DNA of 64,000 nt, from IMG/VR virus record IMGVR_UViG_3300046331_000154; one strand, 5' to 3'. A model generated the notes under the pieces. The model was not told where the DNA came from and searched no databases. It saw only the letters and a list, made by a program, of their open reading frames with translations. Origin of the DNA: a virus (Duplodnaviria; Heunggongvirae; Uroviricota; Caudoviricetes; Crassvirales). Below, piece by piece: positions 51,182 to 59,719 of this stretch (within the stretch, counting starts at the first letter, position 1; the number at the start of each line of letters is the position of its first letter). The position numbers were made by a program, and so were the translations under genes.

Positions 51182-51458
51182 TATCTTTATTTAATTTATT
51201 ATTTTTTATTTCTGTAACCTTTTTAATATATTTTATTTTTCTCCAATCTGTATAAAATTTACCCAAGTATTTAAAACAAAACGTTGTTTTTAATTCACTA
51301 AGTTCTTCTTCTGTGGTTATTTCTTTAATTGGTATATTTTCAACAATAGTTCTAAAACATTTAAACTGACTATTAAAAACATCTTCAACAACACTTTCTG
51401 GTAAATTATATTTTCTAGAAATTTCTTTAATCTTGTATTTAAATTTTGTATTAATCAT
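51168..51458 (-). CDS. hypothetical protein (96 aa)
   Basis: ORF. Confidence 0.35.
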   Translation of the reverse strand: MINTKFKYKIKEISRKYNLPESVVEDVFNSQFKCFRTIVENIPIKEITTEEELSELKTTFCFKYLGKFYTDWRKIKYIKKVTEIKNNKLNKDNGED

Positions 51459-51831
51459 TTACAATTTCAAATTTAAATATTAGTGAATATGTATTAGATG
51501 ATTCTAAATTTAATATTGGAACAAAAGATTTATTTATTTTACCTTCTGTAATTATTTTCTTTTTACGTAAACTATATATTACATTATTAAAAGAAGCTTC
51601 AATTATATTTAATTCTGTTCTTATTTTAAGTTTTGTATCATAATCAAAGGTTAACTTCCAAGATAAATCATCATTTGTTATTTGTTTTTTTAATTCAAAA
51701 TAATTATATAACAATAATGCTAAAACATTAATTTCTTGAGATTTTAACTTATGTAATGGTTTAGTTAATATTAACCAGTGTTTAAAAAAGTTTTTAGAAT
51801 TAGTTTTTATTAATGCTTGTTTAGTGTTCAT
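51451..51831 (-). CDS. hypothetical protein (126 aa)
   Basis: ORF. Confidence 0.35.
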   Translation of the reverse strand: MNTKQALIKTNSKNFFKHWLILTKPLHKLKSQEINVLALLLYNYFELKKQITNDDLSWKLTFDYDTKLKIRTELNIIEASFNNVIYSLRKKKIITEGKINKSFVPILNLESSNTYSLIFKFEIVND

Positions 51832-52126
51832 TTTTATCAGGATATTTATTTAAATAATGAAATATTGTAGCATGTGTTTCTGTTTCATTTAAACTATTTC
51901 TACATACAACACACTCATCATTGTCTTCATTATCAGTTATTAAATATAAACTTTTACAATGTTTACAACACTCTACAGGTTCATTATCATAATCTATATT
52001 ATCAATCATTATTCTATTTTCTAAATTCATAATATGTTCTGTATCTATTAAAGGAAAGGCTGACATTAAATTTTTATATTTAAAATACTGTAATGTTTTG
52101 TTTAATTGTGATTGTAATTTATTCAT
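51821..52126 (-). CDS. Cys-rich zinc-finger-like small protein (101 aa)
   Basis: CCKHCKS...CVVCRN cysteine pairs. Confidence 0.35.
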   Translation of the reverse strand: MNKLQSQLNKTLQYFKYKNLMSAFPLIDTEHIMNLENRIMIDNIDYDNEPVECCKHCKSLYLITDNEDNDECVVCRNSLNETETHATIFHYLNKYPDKNEH

Positions 52127-52283
52127 GAGTTACAGTTATTGTCAGTTTCCATTCGTTATTAATAAATTCTTTTTTAGTAATAACATTTATAGGTGTTGTT
52201 AATTTAAAAATGTTAATAACTATTTCATTTCTTTTTTCTATTAAACCATTTAAGGATTTAAAATTATTTATATAATAAACCAT

Positions 52284-52472
52284 TTATATATTGTCTACAC
52301 TTAATCCTTCTGTTACATTTAACGATATTTCAAGTTCTTTACCACACCAACTTTTTCTAAATGGTAAATGAATATAATTCACTTTATTAATATCGTCTTT
52401 AATTTCATTAATAAATTTTAAAAGATTTATTACCTGATCTCCTGTTAAATTTTCTAAATTAATTTTTTCCAT
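52284..52472 (-). CDS. hypothetical protein (62 aa)
   Basis: ORF. Confidence 0.3.
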   Translation of the reverse strand: MEKINLENLTGDQVINLLKFINEIKDDINKVNYIHLPFRKSWCGKELEISLNVTEGLSVDNI

Positions 52473-52747
52473 TATATGTTATTATTTTTTTTAAATTGAT
52501 TCCATTCATTTTCTTTTAATATATCAGGAAATCTATCGTGATTACAAGATATTATTGTAAACGCTCTATCTGGAAATGTACAACCACAATGAATACATTC
52601 TCCAGATATTGCACAATCTTTTTTACATTTATCTAATCTATAATCAATTTGTTCTTTTTGATATATTGGTAATCCTATATATTTATCATAATAAAATCTA
52701 GAATAACCTTGTAAAAAGTTTTTAATATTTGTTAAATTATATCTCAC
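52472..52747 (-). CDS. Cys-rich small protein (91 aa)
   Basis: CKKDCAISGECIHCGC...SCNH cluster. Confidence 0.35.
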   Translation of the reverse strand: MRYNLTNIKNFLQGYSRFYYDKYIGLPIYQKEQIDYRLDKCKKDCAISGECIHCGCTFPDRAFTIISCNHDRFPDILKENEWNQFKKNNNI

Positions 52748-52965
52748 GTGATTACTTTTATAAAATTATTATCTTTATCATAAAGGATGTGTAGTTCAAA
52801 TTTATGATCTAAAAATTCTAAAATTTCTCCTAAATTAATAAAATTAAAAACATTTTGAAATGATTGAACAGAATCAATCTTACCTCCATTTTGAATAAAA
52901 TAATTATAAAACCAATTTAGATCATATTGTTTTAAATTCCTCATGTGTATATACTGTTCAATCAT
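52744..52965 (-). CDS. hypothetical protein (73 aa)
   Basis: ORF. Confidence 0.3.
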   Translation of the reverse strand: MIEQYIHMRNLKQYDLNWFYNYFIQNGGKIDSVQSFQNVFNFINLGEILEFLDHKFELHILYDKDNNFIKVIT

Positions 52966-52980
52966 TTCTAAATATTTAAA

Positions 52981-53250
52981 TTAGTTTAGTTTTGGTAAAT
53001 CAACAATTTCTGTATCGTTGCCGTCATTGTTACACGCTACTGGATATGCACAATCGCTATGACAAACATCTTCTATTTCACTTGTAGATGTTGTAATTGT
53101 TTGTTCAGGTTGTTTTACAACACTAAGCGCTTTACCTATAACACCAATACTATTAACAATAACTCCCGCATCATTAATATCGTACAAACCTTCTTTAAAG
53201 TTTTCATTAATTTTTTCAACAATTACTTTAAAAGCTTCGTTTAATTCCAT
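52981..53250 (-). CDS. hypothetical acidic small protein (89 aa)
   Basis: ORF; the first gene of the long minus-strand block. Confidence 0.35.
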   Translation of the reverse strand: MELNEAFKVIVEKINENFKEGLYDINDAGVIVNSIGVIGKALSVVKQPEQTITTSTSEIEDVCHSDCAYPVACNNDGNDTEIVDLPKLN

Positions 53251-53297
53251 TTTATTTAAGTTTAAATTTATAATGAAACAAATATATATATAATAAA

Positions 53298-53311
53298 TGA
53301 CAATTCCTAAT
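53298..53311 (+). promoter_or_regulatory. conserved 14-mer TGACAATTCCTAAT (copy 1), candidate promoter or operator
   Basis: An identical 14-mer recurs at 54490. This copy lies about 90 bp upstream of an ORF-free GC-elevated region. A -35-like TGACA is followed by a TAATTA -10-like box 17 nt downstream. Confidence 0.3.
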
Positions 53312-53715
53312 AAAATGTTAATTATTTTACAAAAAAAATAGCTTAGCTACTATATTAGGTAACTAAGCTATTGTATGGTATTAATTTTTTGTTATTAACA
53401 AGATATAAAATGCCCTAGAGAATCTAAATAGTTCTCTGAAGGGGTATTGTTTTAATAATATAAATCAAACAGCCAGTGTGCGTATTACTACGTGGCAAGA
53501 TAGTTTCTTTGTAGAGTTAAACTTTTACAACTCCCCCTCCCCTATCAAACTGTTCAAACAACATTATATGGTGACCCTGGGTAACAGACATTAACTTCGC
53601 AACCAAGATTATAAGCAATGATTCCAGTTGCAAGTTGGCGCACATCGAGTTATAATCACAAGAAGTTAAAATGAAATACAAATATAATACATATTTGTTA
53701 AAAATATTGAAATAA

Positions 53716-53958
53716 TTACTTTTCTTGTATAGCTAACATATTCATTATTTCTTGTGCTAATATTAAATCTTCGTATAATTCTGATTTAATAAGTGTTAGT
53801 AAGTTATTATAATATTTATGTTCTTTATATTTTAATATTAAATCAGATGTTAATTTACATCTTAAATTAAATGTAAAATCGTCATAATATTTTTCATCAA
53901 GATTATTCATTATCTTAGTGTTAATAATGCGTGACGTGATGGATCTTTTATAAAACAT
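53716..53958 (-). CDS. hypothetical protein (80 aa)
   Basis: ORF; third gene of a three-gene mini-operon. Confidence 0.35.
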   Translation of the reverse strand: MFYKRSITSRIINTKIMNNLDEKYYDDFTFNLRCKLTSDLILKYKEHKYYNNLLTLIKSELYEDLILAQEIMNMLAIQEK

Positions 53959-54182
53959 TGATTTGGTGTCAGCGGATGTGAAAAAATATTTTTATTTAGG
54001 AATATAAAACGGTCAAACGGAAATAATATTTTTATTATTTCTTCCGCAAGTTTTAAATTGTAATTATCTTCAGATAAAAACAAAACTTTTAATTTTTTTT
54101 TATATTCTATCGGTAATATGGATATTTTTTCAATATCTTCCATTATATTTTCAGATATTATAACATAGTATGTTTTATTCAA
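53910..54182 (-). CDS. hypothetical protein (90 aa)
   Basis: ORF. Confidence 0.35.
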   Translation of the reverse strand: MNKTYYVIISENIMEDIEKISILPIEYKKKLKVLFLSEDNYNLKLAEEIIKILFPFDRFIFLNKNIFSHPLTPNQCFIKDPSRHALLTLR

Positions 54183-54453
54183 TTGCTTTACCTGTTAAAA
54201 TTTGTCTTAATAATTCTAATGTATCATTGTCATTTGAATTTAACATTGATAGCATGTTTTTGTGTTGTTCTTCTGATATAGTATCTTTACCAAACTTTTT
54301 AAGATTATACCAGAGTAGTTGTTTATATATCTCTGTACAACTCTCTTTAATTGTTATCGGAGAATTATATGAATTTTGTGCATAAGAAATATCTGCTGTA
54401 TTACAAGGATTAGAAGTTCCAGTATTTACTAATGTTGACATGTTTAAGCTCAT
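54175..54453 (-). CDS. hypothetical protein (92 aa)
   Basis: ORF. Confidence 0.35.
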   Translation of the reverse strand: MSLNMSTLVNTGTSNPCNTADISYAQNSYNSPITIKESCTEIYKQLLWYNLKKFGKDTISEEQHKNMLSMLNSNDNDTLELLRQILTGKAIE

Positions 54454-54489
54454 AGTTTTTTATTAAGTAGTAAAGATAAGATATATATT

Positions 54490-54503
54490 TGACAATTCCT
54501 AAT
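54490..54503 (+). promoter_or_regulatory. conserved 14-mer TGACAATTCCTAAT (copy 2), in the divergent intergenic region
   Basis: Identical to 53298-53311 and preceded by TATATTTG. It is 150 bp upstream of the + strand ORF at 54653. Confidence 0.3.
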
Positions 54504-54652
54504 TTTTTTAAAAATTTTTTTAAAAATTATTTTTATTGATGTATACGTAGGATAAACCATCAAACCCACCCCACTCTTTTGTAGAATTGGTACATACCCC
54601 GCCATAAGTATGCCAAAATATAATTGGATTATTTCCATAAAAACTTATTATT

Positions 54653-55057
54653 ATGTCAACAACTGCCAAATTATTTGAAAAAGACGGAATTACTGAATTT
54701 GCTAACGGAGAAGTTATCTCTATGTGTGCAGATATTACAGATGAATCATTAGATTTGTCTAATGGATTTGTACGTGAAGAGCGTATGTTATTCTGGGTTA
54801 AAGGTAAAACTGTTGAATCAGTTACTAAAAACACTAACCAATTGATATCTAATATCAATAAAGGTGTGTTACGTGCATACAGAGCATTCAGCAATACACC
54901 GTTCTATGTAGGACAAGCGAGTGATATCAATCCTTCTACTAACGTAGTATTGAACAGATATTCACAAGTTAGATTGTGTCCTACCGACAAGTTTGACTCA
55001 TTGCATAGACAATATGTAGTGAATGAAGTAATATCTAAAGAGATAGTTACTGCCTAA
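54653..55057 (+). CDS. hypothetical protein (134 aa)
   Basis: ORF followed by a hairpin with a T-run. The overlapping minus-strand ORFs are judged spurious. Confidence 0.45.
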   Translation: MSTTAKLFEKDGITEFANGEVISMCADITDESLDLSNGFVREERMLFWVKGKTVESVTKNTNQLISNINKGVLRAYRAFSNTPFYVGQASDINPSTNVVLNRYSQVRLCPTDKFDSLHRQYVVNEVISKEIVTA

Positions 55058-55077
55058 AAGTATTTACCGCACATTAT

Positions 55078-55105
55078 AGAGATATAGTGTGTGGTATCTT
55101 TTTAT
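55078..55105 (+). terminator. weak rho-independent terminator
   Basis: An AT-rich stem of about 7 bp (agagata / tatcttt) followed by T5, just after the stop at 55057. Confidence 0.35.
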
Positions 55106-55173
55106 GTCTCAAGTACGTAGTGGTCTCATACCATCGTAACGAAAATATATTTATTAATTTAACATAACATACA

Positions 55174-55371
55174 ATGTCAACATATTCAAATGATCCAAAA
55201 CACACCATATGGGAAATGTGGTTTATAACATCAGTAATATTGTTTTTAGGTACTATATTTATAGGTACAACTCCAGGTAGTATACAAATGTTTCCACATT
55301 TTGATATGTGGTTAGGTTTAATATTTGTAAATCTTGTGTTTTGTATATTTAATGGTCTGAAACAGAGATAG
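55174..55371 (+). CDS. small two-transmembrane membrane protein (65 aa)
   Basis: Two hydrophobic helices (WFITSVILFLGTIFIGT and WLGLIFVNLVFCIF). Confidence 0.35.
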   Translation: MSTYSNDPKHTIWEMWFITSVILFLGTIFIGTTPGSIQMFPHFDMWLGLIFVNLVFCIFNGLKQR

Positions 55372-55376
55372 TTGTG

Positions 55377-55420
55377 ATGTGATTTGATGTGGTGTGTGGT
55401 GTATAAAATCACATCACATC
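55377..55420. repeat. inverted repeat (12-bp arms) embedded in a GT-rich / CA-rich imperfect palindrome
   Basis: gtgatgtgattt ... aaatcacatcac. The flanking GT-rich region (gatgtggtgtgtggtg) and CA-rich region (caatcacacacaattcacaca) are mutually complementary. Confidence 0.6.
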
Positions 55421-55478
55421 ATTCATCATCAAATCAATCACACACAATTCACACAATATTAATATAAATATAGCTATT

Positions 55479-55712
55479 GTGAAACAATCAATCTTATATT
55501 TCTTATTAGGAATATTCATTACAATATCAATTGCCTCAACAACAAACATAATAACAACAATTAAACCATCTATTCCAAAAGATGTATATATTCAAGAATT
55601 TAGTAGTTATTCAGAATTATATAATATTATTCAACAAAAAAATAAAGAAAGATATATTGTAAAAACAACAACAATGAAATATTCAGGATGTATAATAATG
55701 GAAAAATATTAA
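55479..55712 (+). CDS. small secreted or membrane protein (77 aa)
   Basis: The N-terminal signal or transmembrane segment is ILYFLLGIFITISIAST. A strong terminator follows. Confidence 0.4.
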   Translation: MKQSILYFLLGIFITISIASTTNIITTIKPSIPKDVYIQEFSSYSELYNIIQQKNKERYIVKTTTMKYSGCIIMEKY

Positions 55713-55766
55713 AACAATCTAAAACACAAATAAACACTATTCACCGAAGTAGAGTAAGTGTGTGTT

Positions 55767-55806
55767 AAAACAGTCAGTGATAATTATTATTGACTGTTTT
55801 TTTTAA
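55767..55806 (+). terminator. rho-independent terminator
   Basis: aaaacagtca-(loop)-tgactgtttt stem followed by T8. Confidence 0.65.
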
Positions 55807-56060
55807 ATAATACAAATCACTTGCTTGAAGATAAACAATAATATCCAAAACTTAAAAATAAGTACATCCATATATCAATTGGTAGATTTGGGGATATTAT
55901 AAAACTGTACTAGCAGTTGTGTTTATTGTAAAGATATTTATATCCCAACGCTCCGATATGTAGGAGATTGATATTATAAGTTAATTACTTATAATTGATA
56001 GTATGAATATTCCACTAGAATTTGGACAAGTGATTTTTTAATAATTAAACAAACAATATT

Positions 56061-56192
56061 ATGAACAGAAATAAAATAGAACAATTTATTCTTTCACAAG
56101 AACATTGTAAACATCCAAATAGAATATTTGTAATAACAATATTATTTGTAGTATTATTTACTATATTAATATTAATACTAAACAAATATTAA
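56061..56192 (+). CDS. tiny membrane protein (43 aa), speculative
   Basis: ATG...TAA encoding MNRNKIEQF...ITILFVVLFTILILILNKY with a C-terminal transmembrane helix. Below the ORF-track length cut-off. Confidence 0.2.
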   Translation: MNRNKIEQFILSQEHCKHPNRIFVITILFVVLFTILILILNKY

Positions 56193-56923
56193 AATATCCT
56201 GTTCTTTTATGGTGTGAACAAAAAGCAAACCGTTGACTTATTGGTTAAAGTAATCATTTGTTTTAGTTATTTATCAGATAAATAACGGATAATACACAAA
56301 TCATCAGTAATTAGTTGATATGTATTATAACATATTATTATGACGGAAAAATAATAATATTTAAATATTATGAGTGATAATTATATTATAAATGTGTACA
56401 AACCTGTTATATGTAATTATCTAAACCTTTGAAAAGCCTTTAACGCTAAGTAAATCTTATAATATTGTGAAATTCAAAACTATAACAATAGGTATTGTTA
56501 TAACTGTATAGTCAGTTATTATTATAGGTTAAACATTGAATACCTTTGTAAATAGGCTGGTACTGCAACCTGAATATCAGTGGAGAGCGTAGTAATTTAT
56601 ATAAAGATACTATCAGTAATGGTAGATGTGTTGTTCCCTTGAGAAAGGAATAATTAAAGTAATAGGTGGGCGACATAATGTTATAAGGGTAATAGAGATA
56701 TTATCTAATGAGCCATAATAAGAGAATGTCTATCAACATAAATGAGTTCTCAGCAAGTAGTTAATGAAAAGTTACGGAACAAAAGATATATTGACCTATT
56801 AACTACGTGACCCTACTCTTATTAGTATTAAACGCATCAGAAATGGTTCCCCAAAAGCGTGATGGGTATTAATAAGAAAGAGGGTGCTAATAAAACAAAT
56901 TAACAATTTTAAAAACAGATGTC

Positions 56924-57805
56924 ATGGACAACGTAAAAAGAGCACAGGTAATAATGTTACCAACTATAACTGGTATATTATATAAATCACCTAAAAATAA
57001 TTCTAAATGTAATGGTTTATTACAAAAGACTTCTAATTTTGATAAAGAGCATTTTATAAGAGTAGATGGTTTTAATAAAGCACAACATTTATATATTATT
57101 TCAGATGATAAAATAAAAGAAGGTGATTGGTGTATATCTATAGATAAAAATTCTAAATTACATAAAACATTTAAATGTATTTCTAAACAATCTTTTATTA
57201 ATCCTGAATTTTTAAATAGTATTGATGCTAAAGATATTAAAAAAATTATAGCTACAACAGATACTTCATTATTTACAAAAATACAAGTAAATATCAAACA
57301 TACAGATAGTATTAATTTTTATTTACCTCAACCATCACAACAGTTCATTGAAAAATATATTGAATCTTATAATAAAGGTGAAGTTATTACTGATGTATTA
57401 GTTGAGTATGAAATTCTATATGATATAGAACTTTTAATTGATACTAATGATTTTCCTAAAGGAAGTCTTATTAGAGGTAAATGTGCTAATACTACTGATT
57501 TTAGTAAATCTAAAAGAAGATTTCTAGAATTATACACTGATGGTAATTATTTAGCACAGGCAGATGCAACTAATACCATTAAAGAGTTAAATAAAAACTA
57601 TTTTAAAACAGTAGAATTTATTCAACTCAAAGTAAATCCTAAAGACAAAACTATTACAATTAAGAAATTAAAAGATAGTTGGGATAGGGAAGAATTAAAA
57701 TCACTATTTAAAAAACATGAACAAGATGTTATTAAATACATTAATAGTTCAGGACCTACTAGTACACCATCTTTTAATGATAAATGGATTAAAGAAAACC
57801 TATAA
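56924..57805 (+). CDS. hypothetical protein (293 aa)
   Basis: ORF; first gene of a + strand cluster. Confidence 0.45.
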   Translation: MDNVKRAQVIMLPTITGILYKSPKNNSKCNGLLQKTSNFDKEHFIRVDGFNKAQHLYIISDDKIKEGDWCISIDKNSKLHKTFKCISKQSFINPEFLNSIDAKDIKKIIATTDTSLFTKIQVNIKHTDSINFYLPQPSQQFIEKYIESYNKGEVITDVLVEYEILYDIELLIDTNDFPKGSLIRGKCANTTDFSKSKRRFLELYTDGNYLAQADATNTIKELNKNYFKTVEFIQLKVNPKDKTITIKKLKDSWDREELKSLFKKHEQDVIKYINSSGPTSTPSFNDKWIKENL

Positions 57806-57816
57806 AACTTAAAATC

Positions 57817-58338
57817 ATGAAAAAACTATTAATCATTTTATTATTATTTAGTAATACAATATTTGCTCAATTCATTAAAATTCCAGATAAAGAATACACT
57901 ACTGCTACTGTAGGTGTAGACCCAACAGCATCATTTAAAGAACACGGATTAAACTTTATTACAGAGCTTACATTAGTATCTTATTGGGGTTATGTAAAAG
58001 CTGGAATTCAAATGTTTCCTGGATTAACAGGAAATTATTATGATATTACAGGTGGTGCTGGATTTAATCAAGAGTCATCTATATTTAATATAGAAACTAG
58101 ACTTTATCAAGGCATAAGATTAGGATTTAATCACAGAAATCAAACTGCGGATTTTAAAAAATACACAGGTCCTCATTTTGGGATGGATTTTGGCGTAGAG
58201 TTTAAACTATCTGAAAATTCATCAATAGGTGGTAGATTTACTAATGATTGGAGAGAAGATATGTTATATTCAGGAGCTATTCCTAAATTCGTACAATCAG
58301 GATTTTTAACTTACACATGTAAATTATCAACATTATGA
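57817..58338 (+). CDS. signal-peptide protein with beta-barrel (small outer-membrane-protein-like) character (173 aa)
   Basis: Signal peptide MKKLLIILLLFSNTIFAQ, followed by alternating hydrophobic/polar strands with aromatic girdle residues and Gly-rich turns. Confidence 0.4.
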   Translation: MKKLLIILLLFSNTIFAQFIKIPDKEYTTATVGVDPTASFKEHGLNFITELTLVSYWGYVKAGIQMFPGLTGNYYDITGGAGFNQESSIFNIETRLYQGIRLGFNHRNQTADFKKYTGPHFGMDFGVEFKLSENSSIGGRFTNDWREDMLYSGAIPKFVQSGFLTYTCKLSTL

Positions 58339-58398
58339 AAAAAAAAAGATTTTATAGTAGGAAAATGGTATAAATGTTTTGAATGGGATACAAACGTT

Positions 58399-59019
58399 AT
58401 GGCTGCAAAATTTTCAGGTTTTAATGATTGGACTGGTGAATTTAATTATTCTGAAATTATTGATAATCCTATACATTCAGATGAGAATGGTAATTCAAGT
58501 AATCAAAAATGGGAAAATTACAAAGAAATACAAACATCAGAAATTCAACATTTGTTACCCGTAAAACATCCTGATTTAATAAATAACATTAATGATTTTC
58601 CCGAAGAAAGTTGTTATTTTGATGATGATGATGTTTTACTTAATTATTTAATTAAAAATAATTACACACGAAAGTATATATCTCCTGAAAAATCTAAAAT
58701 TAATCAATATTTAAAATGGGATTGCTTTCAATATTGGTATATTACACTTGAATCTTTATATGTTAAAAATTACACAACACGACAAATAAATCAATTAATT
58801 AATTATAACACAAATCAAAATGGAAAAAACACTTTACAGTCAGTTGAGACAGAAAACTCAAGACCAAATCACATTGGAACAATTGCAATACGACGAGGAA
58901 AACAACAAATTACAGTTGGAAACAGACCTAACGGCAACAAAACGGTCGTTAAAATTGGAAGAACAGAAATTAATTCAATTAAAATCTGCAAAAACATTGT
59001 CCAGTCAGCAAATTATTAA
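58399..59019 (+). CDS. hypothetical protein, upstream frame of a probable frameshifted gene (206 aa)
   Basis: ORF in frame 1. Its last roughly 200 nt overlap the frame-2 ORF 58820-59092. Confidence 0.35.
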   Translation: MAAKFSGFNDWTGEFNYSEIIDNPIHSDENGNSSNQKWENYKEIQTSEIQHLLPVKHPDLINNINDFPEESCYFDDDDVLLNYLIKNNYTRKYISPEKSKINQYLKWDCFQYWYITLESLYVKNYTTRQINQLINYNTNQNGKNTLQSVETENSRPNHIGTIAIRRGKQQITVGNRPNGNKTVVKIGRTEINSIKICKNIVQSANY

Positions 59020-59092
59020 TCAATTAGATTTAATTGAAGGTTTAGAAAAAGGTATTATTACTTTAGAATCTTTAATTAAAGAGTTGTTTTAA
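58820..59092 (+). CDS. coiled-coil segment; downstream frame of a probable frameshifted gene
   Basis: Heptad-like sequence (LEQLQYDEENNKLQLETDLTATKRSLKLEEQKLIQLKSAK). It ends 11 nt before a perfect hairpin. Confidence 0.35.
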   Translation: MEKTLYSQLRQKTQDQITLEQLQYDEENNKLQLETDLTATKRSLKLEEQKLIQLKSAKTLSSQQIINQLDLIEGLEKGIITLESLIKELF

Positions 59093-59101
59093 ATAATATA
59101 A

Positions 59102-59138
59102 AATTCACCATTTGTTAATTAATGATAAATGGTGAATT
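59102..59138. terminator. perfect 12-bp hairpin (aattcaccattt / aaatggtgaatt), a terminator-like structure
   Basis: Perfect inverted repeat with a 13-nt loop. It is flanked by an A-run on + and so a U-run on the minus-strand RNA. Confidence 0.45.
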
Positions 59139-59335
59139 AAAAAATATATAACTATGAATTGGAAACTATTTGGAATTACTATTTACAATGTAACTATAAT
59201 TCCTTGTTATTATGACATAATTAGATATAAAAAAAATATAAATGTATTTGCAATAAAACATTTAAATATTATTAGATTTACAACAATAATACACAGATAC
59301 AAACAAATATTTGATCCATATTTAATTTAAACATT

Positions 59336-59617
59336 ATGACAATAAACAAATTAGGGTATAATATACCAAGCACATTTCAAATTATTAAATCTATTGATAA
59401 TAATTCACCAAAAATGTTACAAGTACATAAAGATGAATTTAATAGAACAAAGCAATTATTTGAAAGTAAAACATACTTGTCAAAACCATACACGGATTAC
59501 ATTCAAATGTTATATATTAAATATATAGCAAATGATATTAAAATTATTCAATCAAATGTTAATGTTATTCATCAACATATTGGTATAAAAATGTTAAACA
59601 AAATAGCACTGACATAG
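59336..59617 (+). CDS. hypothetical protein (93 aa)
   Basis: ORF followed by a strong terminator. Confidence 0.4.
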   Translation: MTINKLGYNIPSTFQIIKSIDNNSPKMLQVHKDEFNRTKQLFESKTYLSKPYTDYIQMLYIKYIANDIKIIQSNVNVIHQHIGIKMLNKIALT

Positions 59618-59674
59618 ACAGAAGTTTTTGAAGAAGCGTATCATATAGTAAGTTTTAGTTTGATGCAAAAATAA

Positions 59675-59709
59675 ACCACTGGAATTAATAATTAGTTCTA
59701 GTGGTTTTT
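59675..59709 (+). terminator. rho-independent terminator
   Basis: A 10-bp stem accactggaa / ttctagtggt (one G-U pair) followed by T5. Confidence 0.65.
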
Positions 59710-59719
59710 AATAATTAAG

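Noticed and set aside
54450-55412. Minus-strand ORFs 54450-54638, 54520-54894 and 55074-55412
   Set aside because: They run antisense to the + strand gene 54653-55057 and across its terminator. They lack operon context. Their translations are low-complexity, Ile/Asn-rich and atypical. They are treated as spurious.
53250-56920. Bacteroidota-type sigma-A promoters (TAnnTTTG at -7 and TTTG at -33) in the switch region
   Set aside because: Only one partial match (TATATTTG at 54483) was found, without a properly spaced -33 element. This is not enough to call host-type promoters by eye.
56887-57297. Minus-strand ORF 56887-57297 (136 aa)
   Set aside because: It is fully antisense to the start of the + strand 293-aa gene. 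Its translation is hydrophobic and low-complexity, typical of antisense frames in AT-rich DNA.
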